A stretch of 57,684 nucleotides of DNA from Paracoccaceae bacterium (GCA_037968535.1 JBBKVT010000187.1:1-57684), one strand, 5' to 3'; shown: positions 39,902 to 49,572, counted from the first letter of the stretch. Numbers and translations: made by a program. Notes: a model not told the origin generated them from the sequence alone.

Positions 39902-41683
39902 ATGACCACCGACCAGATTATTCTGTTTTCGCTTTTCGGCGCGGTCTTCGCGCTGCTGCTGTGGGGGCGGTTCCGCTATGATCTGATAGCCTTCACGGCA
40001 CTGATGGCGGGGGTCGTGCTGGGGGTGGTGCCGACGAAGGACGCGTTCAGCGGATTCGGTCATCCCGCAACCCTGATCGTGGCGTTTGTGCTGATCGTCT
40101 CGGGCGGTCTGGTGCGGTCCGGTGCGGTGTTCCTGATCACCAGGACGCTGATCAACAGCACCCGCAGTCTGGGTGCGCATATCGCGATCATGGGGGCTGT
40201 GGGCGGCATCCTGTCGGCGTTCATGAACAACGTGGCGGCGCTGGCGCTTCTGATGCCGGTGGACATTCAGACCGCGCGCAAGGCGGGCCGCCTGCCCGGC
40301 CTGTCGCTGATGCCGCTTTCGTTCGCGACCATCCTCGGCGGCATGGTCACGCTGATCGGCACGCCACCCAACATCATCATTGCCGCGATCCGACAAGATT
40401 CACTGGGTGAGCCATTCGGAATGTTCGACTTTGCCCCGGTGGGGGCGGTGACGGCGCTTGCGGGCCTGATCTTCGTGGCGCTGGTCGGCTGGCGCTTCAT
40501 CCCGAGCCAGCCTGATCCGGCCATTGCGGGCGAAGGCGCAGAGGAAATCGGTCAATATATCGCGGAACTGACGATCCCGAAGGACAGCAAGCACATCGGC
40601 AAGCGTGTGCAGGAGCTGGACGATACCGCCGAAAAGAACGACGTCGCGATTATCGGGCTGATCCGGGATGGCAACCGCCGCTATGGCACGCAGCGCAACA
40701 CCGAACTGAAGGCCGGCGACGCGCTGGTGCTGGAAGCCTCGCCCGATGCGCTGGACGAGTTCCGCGCGGCGCTGTCGCTGGATTTTTCGGACCCCGAACG
40801 CGAGAACATGTTGAAGGCCGAAGGTGAGGGCTTGCGGGTCCTGGAATGCGTGGTGACGGATGCGTCGCGGATCAACGGCAGGACGGCGCAGTCGATCGGG
40901 CTGTCATGGCGGCGGCGGACGGTGCTGATGGGCATCTCGCGGCAGGGCAAGCGGCTGCACGACCACGTCCGCAAGACCGTTGTTCAAGCTGGCGACATCC
41001 TGCTGCTGCTGACGCCGCAGGATCAAGCCGACGATGTCATCGACTGGCTGGGATGCCTGCCGCTTGCCGATCGCGGGCTTGCGGTGACCGAGCATCAGAA
41101 GGTGTGGTTGGCGATTGGCCTGTTCGGCGGAGCCGTGGCTGCGGCAAGTCTGGGCTGGATCTATCTTCCGGTCGCTTTGGGCATAGTCGTCGTCGGCTAT
41201 GTGCTGACCCGAATCGTTCCGCTGGCGGAGGTCTACAATTATGTCGAATGGCCGGTCGTGGTCCTGCTGGGCTCGATGATCCCGCTTGGCGCGGCGCTGG
41301 AAACCTCGGGCGGTACGGAGCTGATCGCGGGGTCGCTCGTGGGTTTCACCCAAGGCATGCCGGCCTGGGCGATCCTGACCGTTCTGATGGTGGTGACGAT
41401 GACACTGTCGGACGTGTTGAACAACACAGCGACGACGATTGTCGCGGCACCCGTCGGCATCCAGATGGCGCAGAGCCTGGACGTATCGCCCGATCCGTTC
41501 CTGATGGCGGTCGCTGTCGCGGCCTCTTGCGCGTTCCTGACGCCGATCGGGCACAAGAACAACACGCTGATCCTGGGACCGGGCGGTTACCGCTTCGGTG
41601 ATTACTGGCGGATGGGATTGCCGCTGGAACTGATCGTCGTCACGGTATCGGTGCCCGCGATCCTGGTCTTCTGGCCGTTCTGA
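39902..41683 (+). CDS. SLC13/DASS-type permease with two central TrkA-C (RCK-C) domains
   Basis: ATG 39902: MTTDQIILFSLFGAVFALLLWGRFRYDL.... The 5' part of the listed ORF (39560-) is antisense to the YebC gene. Confidence 0.88.
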   Translation: MTTDQIILFSLFGAVFALLLWGRFRYDLIAFTALMAGVVLGVVPTKDAFSGFGHPATLIVAFVLIVSGGLVRSGAVFLITRTLINSTRSLGAHIAIMGAVGGILSAFMNNVAALALLMPVDIQTARKAGRLPGLSLMPLSFATILGGMVTLIGTPPNIIIAAIRQDSLGEPFGMFDFAPVGAVTALAGLIFVALVGWRFIPSQPDPAIAGEGAEEIGQYIAELTIPKDSKHIGKRVQELDDTAEKNDVAIIGLIRDGNRRYGTQRNTELKAGDALVLEASPDALDEFRAALSLDFSDPERENMLKAEGEGLRVLECVVTDASRINGRTAQSIGLSWRRRTVLMGISRQGKRLHDHVRKTVVQAGDILLLLTPQDQADDVIDWLGCLPLADRGLAVTEHQKVWLAIGLFGGAVAAASLGWIYLPVALGIVVVGYVLTRIVPLAEVYNYVEWPVVVLLGSMIPLGAALETSGGTELIAGSLVGFTQGMPAWAILTVLMVVTMTLSDVLNNTATTIVAAPVGIQMAQSLDVSPDPFLMAVAVAASCAFLTPIGHKNNTLILGPGGYRFGDYWRMGLPLELIVVTVSVPAILVFWPF

Positions 41684-41750
41684 TCGCGGTTTTCGTCAAT
41701 GCGACCCTTTGGGCCAAGACATTGTTTGCGCGCCCCTGCGGGACGCGCGG

Positions 41751-41790
41751 TGCCTCCGGCGGGGATATTTGAAAGACAATGAAAGCCGGA
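41751..41790 (+). repeat. Interspersed repeat, copy D (exact 20-nt core at 41751-41770)
   Basis: TGCCTCCGGCGGGGATATTTGAAAGACAATGAAAGCCGGA. It ends exactly at the stop codon (41791-41793) of the minus-strand lipoprotein gene and sits between convergent genes. Confidence 0.9.
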
Positions 41791-42123
41791 TCAGGGTGCG
41801 GAGAAGATCTGGCCCGCGACAGTGACGAGGGGTGCTGTCCCCGCCCCGCCCCGGCGCAATTCAAGCCGGGGAATCGTTGGGTCTGATCCTTGCACCTGAT
41901 ATGGTAGCGGATGCGGGCAGCCGGAAAGCTGGCCCGTCCAGTCTTGCGCGCGCGTTGGCCGGTGACCCACGCAGAGCGTCCCGTCGGACATCAGCAGCGT
42001 CAGACCCACGGGATAGACCAGCGCCCGGTCGGGGGTGGCCTGGCCGTTGCGTGCATTCGGCGCGATGACCGGCGTGCAGGCCGAGATCGTGAGGCAGAGC
42101 AGCGCAGCCCGGGCGAGCCGCAT
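41791..42123 (-). CDS. Small lipoprotein, hypothetical
   Basis: ATG 42123 shares 1 nt with the upstream TGA. Sequence MRLARAALLCLTISAC (lipobox ISAC). About 110 aa. Confidence 0.7.
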   Translation of the reverse strand: MRLARAALLCLTISACTPVIAPNARNGQATPDRALVYPVGLTLLMSDGTLCVGHRPTRAQDWTGQLSGCPHPLPYQVQGSDPTIPRLELRRGGAGTAPLVTVAGQIFSAP

Positions 42124-43901
42124 CACACCGGCCAGAGGAACGGGATCAGCAGGCTTGCGGTGATGCCGAGGATGATGTTGAGCGGGATGCCGACGCGCAT
42201 GTAGTCGGTGAACTTGTAGCCACCGGGGCCATAGACCAGCATGTTCGTCTGATAGCCGATCGGCGTCGCAAAAGCCGCGGATGCCGCGAACATCACGGCG
42301 ACGACCAATGGTCGCGGATCAAGACCGAGAGCGTGACCGAGTTCGATCGCGATCGGCGCGAAAATCACGCCCACGGCGTTGTTCGAGACGACTTCGGTCA
42401 GGGCCGAGGCCATCAGGTAGATCACGAAAATCACCGCAAAGGCCGGCAGCCCCTTGAGGAACGGTTCGACCGTGTTCACGATCAGGGTCACGGTTCCCAT
42501 ATGCTCCAACCCCGCGCCGACTGCGAGCATTGCAAAGATCAGCGCCAGCAAGCGTCCCTCGACAAACGAGAAAGCCTCGTCGGCGTCGATGCAGCGGGCC
42601 AGAAGAATGACCGCGACACCGACCACTGACAGCGCCAGGATCGGCGCGACCCCGAAGGCGGCCAAAACCACGACCCCAAGCAGCACGCCAATGGCGATCG
42701 GTGCCTGGCTGCGGCGATAGGCCCGCACGGCGGGATGCGAGATGTCGACGAGTTCCATGTCGGCGGCCAGCCGCTCGATATCCTCGGGCGCGCCTTCCAG
42801 AAGCAGCGTGTCACCGACGCGGACCACGAGATCGTCAAGCTGGCGACCGATGTTCTGGTTTCGGCGATGCACCGCGAGCGCGTAGACGCCGTAGCGGCGG
42901 CGCAGGCGCATCGAACCCAGCGACCGCCCGACCATCCGGCACCCCGGCGTGATCAGCACTTCCACGGTCGAGGTCTGGACCGAGCTCAGCTCGTCCACCA
43001 TCCGCACGTCCTTGTTCTGCTGGAGACCGAGAAGTTCCGCCATTTCAGTGCGCAAAACCACGCGGTCGCCTGCGGCAAGTTCGACCCCCGCAAGGTTGCG
43101 GCGCAGCGACGCGTCGCCGCGCAGCACGTCGATCAGCCGCACGCCCTCGCGTTTGAAGAGATCGATTTCGTTGACCTCGCGGCCGATGAGTGACGAGTCG
43201 AAGGGAACGGCAACCTCGGTGAAGTATTTCATCTTCCGGCGGTCGCTGAGCAATACCCCCATGGATTGGCGTTCCGGCAGCAGATGACGACCGACAATGC
43301 CCATGTAGGCCATCCCGATGATGACCTGCACCACCCCGAGGCCGGTGATCTCGAAGATCGAGAACGGCGCCAGCCCCTTGGATCGTGCCACGCCGTCCAC
43401 CAGCAGGTTGGTCGAAGTGCCGATCAGCGTCAGCGTGCCACCCAGAATCGCGAAATAAGACAGCGGTATCAACAATTTCGACGGTGAAATGCCAAGCTTG
43501 CGGGCAACCTGGATGAACACGGGTATCATCACCACAACGACCGGCGTATTGTTCATCACGGCGGACCCGAGCGCCACGCAGATCAACAGGATCAGCAGCG
43601 TCGCACGGGGTCGGCGCGTCGCCTGAGCCTCGGCCTGCTGGGTCAGCCATTCCAGGCCGCCAGTGCGCACCAGACCGCCCATGATCAGGAACATCGCGGT
43701 TATCGTCCACGGCGCCGGATTGGACAGGACCGTGACCGCCATATCGTAGGGCAGCATCCCGAAAACCAGCATCAGCGCGGCACCCGCAATCGCGATAACC
43801 TCGGCGGGATAGCGTTCCGAGATGAAAAACGCGAACATCCCGATGATCATCACGAGCCCCAGGATAGCGGTGGTCGTGTCCGAAAGTCCAAGCTCTATCA
43901 T
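42123..43901 (-). CDS. SLC13/DASS-type permease with TrkA-C domains (second, divergent paralog)
   Basis: 592 aa, same architecture as 39902-41683 but low identity. Its ATG overlaps the upstream stop (ATGA). Confidence 0.88.
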   Translation of the reverse strand: MIELGLSDTTTAILGLVMIIGMFAFFISERYPAEVIAIAGAALMLVFGMLPYDMAVTVLSNPAPWTITAMFLIMGGLVRTGGLEWLTQQAEAQATRRPRATLLILLICVALGSAVMNNTPVVVVMIPVFIQVARKLGISPSKLLIPLSYFAILGGTLTLIGTSTNLLVDGVARSKGLAPFSIFEITGLGVVQVIIGMAYMGIVGRHLLPERQSMGVLLSDRRKMKYFTEVAVPFDSSLIGREVNEIDLFKREGVRLIDVLRGDASLRRNLAGVELAAGDRVVLRTEMAELLGLQQNKDVRMVDELSSVQTSTVEVLITPGCRMVGRSLGSMRLRRRYGVYALAVHRRNQNIGRQLDDLVVRVGDTLLLEGAPEDIERLAADMELVDISHPAVRAYRRSQAPIAIGVLLGVVVLAAFGVAPILALSVVGVAVILLARCIDADEAFSFVEGRLLALIFAMLAVGAGLEHMGTVTLIVNTVEPFLKGLPAFAVIFVIYLMASALTEVVSNNAVGVIFAPIAIELGHALGLDPRPLVVAVMFAASAAFATPIGYQTNMLVYGPGGYKFTDYMRVGIPLNIILGITASLLIPFLWPV

Positions 43902-44845
43902 GGCGATCCGTGATCTGGTTCCAGCGCATTATCATGGGGCAGCGGGGTCGAGGTCGCAAGGGCCGTTGCAGGCTTGGGCTGCACAAGAAAGAGGCCGGTG
44001 AAGATCACCCCGAGAGACAGCCAGATCCAGCTTGAATAGCTTTCGGACAGCAGGACCATGGCCCAGAAGATGCCAAATGCCGTCACCAGATAAGACGCTT
44101 GCGCTGCGAAGACGCTGCCGGATCGTCCGACCAGCCAGACATAGCTGGCATAGGCCAAGGCATGGATCGCGGACGACAGGATCAGCGCGATATCTGGTGC
44201 GCCAAGGTCGGTATGAGGCGGGATCCATGTCCCCGACCAAAGCGCCAAGGGGGCGCTTAGGACGATGCCGACCAGCGATGCGCCAAGCAGGACCTGAATG
44301 CCACCGCAGCCGTAGGTTCCCCATTTCGCGACGATATTGCCCTCGAGCCCGTAGAAGATTGGCGCGATCATCGCCAGCGGGATGAACGCCGCCATCGCAC
44401 GATCCGGCAGGCTGGCCTCTGGCACGATCAGCAGGCTGACACCAATCAGGCCAACGAAAAGCCCTGCGAGACGTTTCCAGTCGAAGCGGTCGGTTCCCAT
44501 CAGCAAGGCGACAGGGAACACGAACATCGGCACCGTCGACATGATGATCGAGAGCACCCCGGCCGGCAGGTAGCGCGCGGCTTCGTAAGACGCCGCGTTC
44601 GGCAGGATCGTGCCGATCAGGGCGATGACGGTGTAAAGCCGCAACTGCGGGACGCCGAGCGGCAGCGGCCTGCGACGAATCAGGTTGATCAGCCCAAGCA
44701 GCAGTGCGCCGATGACGAATTGCCAGAAGATCAGCCCGAAATGCCGATACCCTTCGGACACCGCAATCTTGGTCATCGGCTGGGTCGCACCCCAGGCCGC
44801 GCCGAGCAAGACGAGGATGCCCAGAAGCCCGCCGCGTTCTTTCAC
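43898..44845 (-). CDS. DMT-superfamily (EamA) transporter
   Basis: 315 aa. The GTG start overlaps the ymdB-like stop (GTGA). 10 TM segments. Confidence 0.82.
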   Translation of the reverse strand: MKERGGLLGILVLLGAAWGATQPMTKIAVSEGYRHFGLIFWQFVIGALLLGLINLIRRRPLPLGVPQLRLYTVIALIGTILPNAASYEAARYLPAGVLSIIMSTVPMFVFPVALLMGTDRFDWKRLAGLFVGLIGVSLLIVPEASLPDRAMAAFIPLAMIAPIFYGLEGNIVAKWGTYGCGGIQVLLGASLVGIVLSAPLALWSGTWIPPHTDLGAPDIALILSSAIHALAYASYVWLVGRSGSVFAAQASYLVTAFGIFWAMVLLSESYSSWIWLSLGVIFTGLFLVQPKPATALATSTPLPHDNALEPDHGSP

Positions 44846-45654
44846 GGCAGCGACGCCTGCAACACCCCGCCCTCGCGGATCATGGTGATCCGGCTGGCTT
44901 TGCCAGTCCTGTCATCGGTCTCGACATAGATCCCCGAAAGCGTCGCCTCACCGGCCGCGGGCGAGAACCGTTCCTTGCCCATTCCGGTGATGAAGCGGCG
45001 CATCGGTTCTGCCTTGTCCATACCGATGACGGAATTGTAGTCGCCGCACATCCCCGCATCAGTCTGGTAGGCCGTGCCACCGGGCAGGATCATCGCGTCG
45101 GCGGTCGGCACATGGGTATGGGTGCCGACTACGACACTGGCGCGGCCGTCGCACCAATGACCCATCGCCATCTTCTCGGAGGTGGCTTCGCAGTGCATGT
45201 CGACGAGGCTCGCGTTCACCAGCCCGCCCATTGGATGCGCGCGCAGAACCGGGTCGATAGCCGAAAACGGATCGTCGAAGGGCCGTTTCATGAACACCTG
45301 ACCCAGAACCTGCGCCACGAGGATCTTGCGTCCGCCGGTCGCCTCGAACACCCGAAAGCCCTTGCCGGGGGCGGATTTGGCGTAGTTCAGGGGCCGCAGA
45401 ATGCGCGGCTCGGTTTCGATGAACTGCATCATGTCCTTCTGGTCGAAGGCATGGTCGCCGAGCGTCACGCAGTCCGCGCCCGCATCCAGCAACACTTTGG
45501 CATGGGCGGCGGTCAGTCCGGCGCCGTTGCTGGCATTCTCGCCATTCACGACGACGAAATCCAGCCGCCACGCCTCACGAAGTCGCGCCAAGTGGGTCTG
45601 GATCGCCGTCCGGCCAGAGCGGCCCATGACATCGCCGAGGAACAGAATTTTCAT
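44842..45654 (-). CDS. ymdB: YmdB-family (TIGR00282) metallophosphoesterase
   Basis: 270 aa, MKILFLGDVMGRSGR...VVNGENASNGAG...GTHTHVPTAD... Confidence 0.9.
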   Translation of the reverse strand: MKILFLGDVMGRSGRTAIQTHLARLREAWRLDFVVVNGENASNGAGLTAAHAKVLLDAGADCVTLGDHAFDQKDMMQFIETEPRILRPLNYAKSAPGKGFRVFEATGGRKILVAQVLGQVFMKRPFDDPFSAIDPVLRAHPMGGLVNASLVDMHCEATSEKMAMGHWCDGRASVVVGTHTHVPTADAMILPGGTAYQTDAGMCGDYNSVIGMDKAEPMRRFITGMGKERFSPAAGEATLSGIYVETDDRTGKASRITMIREGGVLQASLP

Positions 45655-45705
45655 GTCAATGTGCTAGGGGGAGGATTGCGCAAGGGCAAGCCCGACTTGA
45701 CCGGA

Positions 45706-46278
45706 TCAGAACGTCATCACGCCCAATTCGGTGATGACGGCATCGAGCCGCTGGTCCGTCGGCTCGATCGGCAGGTCCGGGGCCTGCTGCGCGGCATAGG
45801 CGAACCCGATTGCCAGAACCGGGCCGGTTTCTCGCAACAGCGCCAGCGTCCGGTCATAAAAGCCGCCGCCATAGCCCAGCCGGAAGCCTGCCGCATCGAA
45901 GGCGACGAGCGGCAGGATAATGACTTCGGGGATGACGATTTCCGCGTCGACGGGCACCATCGCCCCGAACGGACCGGCGATCATCGGCTGCCCGGCGTCC
46001 CAGCGATGGAATTCAAGCGGCTGTCCGTCGCCTTGCACAACAGGAACTCCGACCGAGCCATACCGGGTCATTTCGGCCATCGCGGCAAGCGGGTCGATTT
46101 CGGTTCGGATCGGCATGTAGCCCGACAGCGGACGACCGCGGTGCGGCTTCAGGAACTCCAACAGGCTTATTGTTCCTGCATGCCCCAGATCCTTGGAATG
46201 GGCCGCTGCCCGACGCGCGAAAGCCGCCTTGCGTGCTGCGGCCTTGCGGGCGACGATATCCTTGGCGGCGCTTTGCAC
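45706..46278 (-). CDS. 5-formyltetrahydrofolate cyclo-ligase
   Basis: 190 aa, GTG start 4 nt after the mgtE stop. ...YMPIRTEIDP...PLVAFDAAGFRLGYGGGFYDRTL... Confidence 0.85.
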   Translation of the reverse strand: MQSAAKDIVARKAAARKAAFARRAAAHSKDLGHAGTISLLEFLKPHRGRPLSGYMPIRTEIDPLAAMAEMTRYGSVGVPVVQGDGQPLEFHRWDAGQPMIAGPFGAMVPVDAEIVIPEVIILPLVAFDAAGFRLGYGGGFYDRTLALLRETGPVLAIGFAYAAQQAPDLPIEPTDQRLDAVITELGVMTF

Positions 46279-46282
46279 GTCG

Positions 46283-47665
46283 CTAGATCAGAACCAGGGC
46301 CGCGAGACCGAGGAACGCGAAGAAACCGACGACATCCGTCACCGTCGTCACGAACGCTCCCGAGGCCAGCGCCGGATCAACCCCGAAGCGTTCCAGCGCC
46401 ACCGGGATGCCTATCCCGGCGAGTCCTGCCACCACCAAGTTGATGACCATTGCCGCCGCCAGCACCGCGCCCAGTACCGACGAGCCAAACCAGAACGTGC
46501 CGACAAGACCCATCACCACAGCGAAGATGACGCCGTTGACCAGCCCGACCAACGCCTCTCTGCGGATCACGCGCCAGACGTTGGATCCGGTCAGGTCGCG
46601 GGTAGCGATCGCGCGCACCGCGACAGTCAGCGCCTGGGTGCCCGCATTGCCGCCCATCGACGCGACGATCGGCATCAACACAGCCAGGGCGACGAGCGCC
46701 GCGATGGTCGATTCGAACTGCGCAATAACCATCGAGGCCAGGATTGCGGTCACCAGGTTCACCGCCAGCCAGGGCAGCCGCTGCTTCGTGGTCTCGATCA
46801 CCTTGTCCGACAGACTGCCCTCGCCGACACCGGCAAGGCGCAGGATGTCTTCCTCGTGTTCCTCGTCCAGCACCGCCATCGCGTCGTCAATGGTGATCGC
46901 GCCGACAAGGCGACCGGTGCTGTCCACCACGGGCGCTGAAATCAAGTGATACTGGTTGAAGGCATAGGCCACGTCGGCTTCTTCCTCATCAACCTCGAAG
47001 GTGCGAAAGCTGTCTTCCGCCAGATCGGCCAGCTTCACCTCTCGCCGCGCCGACAGAAGCCGGCCCAAAGTGACATAGCCCACCGGTTCCAGCCTGGGGT
47101 TCACCAGGATCAGATGATAAAACTGGTCCGGCAACTCCTTGGCATCCCTCAGAAAATCGATCGCCTGGCCGACGGTCCAATACTCCGGACCCATGACGAC
47201 TTCGCGCTGCATGAGACGGCCGGCGGAATATTCCGGATAGGTCATCGCCTGCTGGACGGCAATCCGGTCGGCATCGCCCAAGGCCTCGAGTATCGCTTCC
47301 TGCTGCGGCTCGTCGAGGTCTTCCAGAAGGTCGACAACGTCGTCCGATTCCAGCTCTCGCACTGCCTCGGCCAAGACTTCGGGATGCAGATAGCCGATAA
47401 CCTCGTCGCGGATACTTTCGTCGAGTTCCGACAGGATTTCCCCGTCGAACTCGTGGCCGTAAAGCTGCACGAGCGCACGCCGTTCATCTTCATCGACCTG
47501 TTCGAGAAGGTCGGCGATGTCGGCCGGGTGCAGCGGTTCCATGAGTGCTGTCAGCATCGTCGCGTCGCCCGCTTCGACAGCTTCCCTTATCGCCGCGACA
47601 TCGCGCTTGCCCAGCACATAGGCATCTTCGTCGCGCCCTACTTCGACTTCGGTTTGATCATTCAT
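46283..47665 (-). CDS. mgtE: Magnesium transporter MgtE
   Basis: 460 aa: N-domain, tandem CBS domains, C-terminal 5-TM with ...GNAGTQ... and PALASGAFVTTVTDV. Confidence 0.95.
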   Translation of the reverse strand: MNDQTEVEVGRDEDAYVLGKRDVAAIREAVEAGDATMLTALMEPLHPADIADLLEQVDEDERRALVQLYGHEFDGEILSELDESIRDEVIGYLHPEVLAEAVRELESDDVVDLLEDLDEPQQEAILEALGDADRIAVQQAMTYPEYSAGRLMQREVVMGPEYWTVGQAIDFLRDAKELPDQFYHLILVNPRLEPVGYVTLGRLLSARREVKLADLAEDSFRTFEVDEEEADVAYAFNQYHLISAPVVDSTGRLVGAITIDDAMAVLDEEHEEDILRLAGVGEGSLSDKVIETTKQRLPWLAVNLVTAILASMVIAQFESTIAALVALAVLMPIVASMGGNAGTQALTVAVRAIATRDLTGSNVWRVIRREALVGLVNGVIFAVVMGLVGTFWFGSSVLGAVLAAAMVINLVVAGLAGIGIPVALERFGVDPALASGAFVTTVTDVVGFFAFLGLAALVLI

Positions 47666-47788
47666 CGCCTGCCCCCGCGCCTTTTGCTTACAATAGGCAA
47701 AAGTGCTTCAGGGAAACAGAGCAAATGGTCGATTTACCCAAAGGAAATCGCCCCCTAATATCGGGCGCTGCAAGCTTGGAGAAGCCAC

Positions 47789-49096
47789 ATGGCCAATACA
47801 TCCCTTCTGCTGGGACAGACGCTGAGTTTCAGGGACGATCCTTTCCACGTCCCGATCGAAGATGCCGCCCGGCACGAACGGTGCGGCGGCGTGCTGATCG
47901 TCGACGGGAGGATTGCAGATGTGGGCACGGCGGACGCGCTGCGTGCGGCACATCCCGCGGCCGAGGTGATCGACTATGGCGACGCGCTGATCACCGCCGG
48001 TTTCGTCGATCCGCATGTGCATTACCCCCAGACCGCGATCATTGCGAGTTGGGGCAAACGGTTGATCGACTGGCTGAACAGCTACACTTTCCCCGAAGAA
48101 CTGCGGTTCCATGATCCCGACTATGCGGCTGAAATCGCCCGGCTTTATTTCGACCTGACGCTGGCGAGCGGGACCACGACAGTCGCCAGTTATTGCACGA
48201 TTCACCCACAAAGCGTTGATGCGTTCTTTCACGAAGCCCAGCGGCGCGGTGTCCGCGCTGTAGCAGGCAAGACCTGCATGGACCGCAACGCCCCCGACGG
48301 CTTGCGCGACACGCCGCAAACCGCCTACGACCAGTCCCGCGCGCTTTTGCAGAAATGGCACGGCATTGACCGGCTGTCCTACGCGATCACGCCCCGGTTT
48401 TCGCCAACATCGACGCCCGAACAACTGGCCGCGATGGGCGCGCTTTGGCGTGAACATCCCGAATGCCTGATGCAAACCCATCTGTCCGAGCAAACCGACG
48501 AGGTCGCCTGGGTCGCCAACCTTTATCCACAGGCGCGCGATTATCTGGACACCTACGAAAGCCACGGACTGCTGGGTCCGGGCGGACTTTACGGCCATGC
48601 AATCTATTTGACGGACCGTGAAATAGACCGGCTGAAAGAGGTGGACGCGTCGCTGATCCACTGTCCGACCTCGAACACCTTCATCGGCTCTGGTCTGTTC
48701 GACATGGGCGGGTTGAAGGCGTCGGGCCAGCGGATCGGGCTGGCGACCGATACTGGCGGAGGATCATCGTTCTCGATGCTGCGCACGATGGCTGCCGCCT
48801 ACGAGGTCGGCCAGTTGCGCGGCACGCCATTGCACCCCGCGCAGCTTTACTGGCTGGCGACGGTGGGATCGGCGCAGGCGCTTCGGATGGATGACAAAAT
48901 CGGTAATCTTGTTATTGGCTTGGAGGCCGATCTTGTGGTGATTGACCTCGCTTCCACCCCGGCTACGGCACAACGATCGACCCGCGCGTCGGATTTCTGG
49001 GAAGCGTTGTTTCCGACGATCATGATGGGCGACGACCGGGCGATCACGGCGGTCTGGATCGCTGGTCAACCCGTGCCGCCTGCGGCGCTCGCCTAG
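47789..49096 (+). CDS. guaD: Guanine deaminase
   Basis: 435 aa, ...GFVDPHVHYPQT...WLN.YTFPEE...HLSEQ..E.... This is the amidohydrolase metal-site pattern. Confidence 0.88.
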   Translation: MANTSLLLGQTLSFRDDPFHVPIEDAARHERCGGVLIVDGRIADVGTADALRAAHPAAEVIDYGDALITAGFVDPHVHYPQTAIIASWGKRLIDWLNSYTFPEELRFHDPDYAAEIARLYFDLTLASGTTTVASYCTIHPQSVDAFFHEAQRRGVRAVAGKTCMDRNAPDGLRDTPQTAYDQSRALLQKWHGIDRLSYAITPRFSPTSTPEQLAAMGALWREHPECLMQTHLSEQTDEVAWVANLYPQARDYLDTYESHGLLGPGGLYGHAIYLTDREIDRLKEVDASLIHCPTSNTFIGSGLFDMGGLKASGQRIGLATDTGGGSSFSMLRTMAAAYEVGQLRGTPLHPAQLYWLATVGSAQALRMDDKIGNLVIGLEADLVVIDLASTPATAQRSTRASDFWEALFPTIMMGDDRAITAVWIAGQPVPPAALA

Positions 49097-49572
49097 CAGC
49101 CCGGTCGCGCCAGAACCAGCACCCAGACGTCGCCCACACCCGCCATGCCGTATTCCGTGACACCGCTGTCGAGGATATTGCGCCGGTGGCCTGGCGACTG
49201 CATCCAGCTTTCGATGGCCGACCGTTCGTTTGGCTGGCCCTTGGCGATGTTCTCGGCAACCATACAATAGCGGTATGCCTGCGCCCGCACCCTTTCGCCC
49301 AGCGTATCGCCATTCGCGCTTCGGTGCGAAAAATAGCCTTTCGTGGACATATCGCGGGCGTGAGCTGCCGCGGCGGCCGCCAGTCGACTCGATTGCCGGA
49401 TCGGTTTTGCGCCCTTTGAACCGCGTTCAGCGTTCAGCAAAGTCGCTGAACCGGTCGGGCTTTTTTGAGCGACCTGCGTCGCGGGTTTTGTTTCGAGGTT
49501 CGGGGCGCAGCAGCTTAGCGCCAGCAGCCCAAGCAGTGCGAGCGCAAGTCGGAGGGGTTTAGCACATCTCAC
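49093..49572 (-). CDS. CAP/SCP/PR1-domain lipoprotein
   Basis: GTG 49572 overlaps the upstream TGA. (M)RCAKPLRLALALLGLLALSCC lipobox, then ...HARDMSTKGYFSHRS...AENIAKGQ...WMQSPGHRRNIL.... The upstream remainder of the listed 347-aa ORF is unsupported. Confidence 0.75.
   Translation of the reverse strand: MRCAKPLRLALALLGLLALSCCAPNLETKPATQVAQKSPTGSATLLNAERGSKGAKPIRQSSRLAAAAAAHARDMSTKGYFSHRSANGDTLGERVRAQAYRYCMVAENIAKGQPNERSAIESWMQSPGHRRNILDSGVTEYGMAGVGDVWVLVLARPGC

Noticed and set aside
47666-47788. Hairpin CTTTTGC-TTACAATAG-GCAAAAG in the mgtE leader, as a possible Mg2+-sensing element.
   Set aside because: The leader is only about 120 nt and shows none of the M-box conserved segments I remember. 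A single 7-bp hairpin is insufficient.
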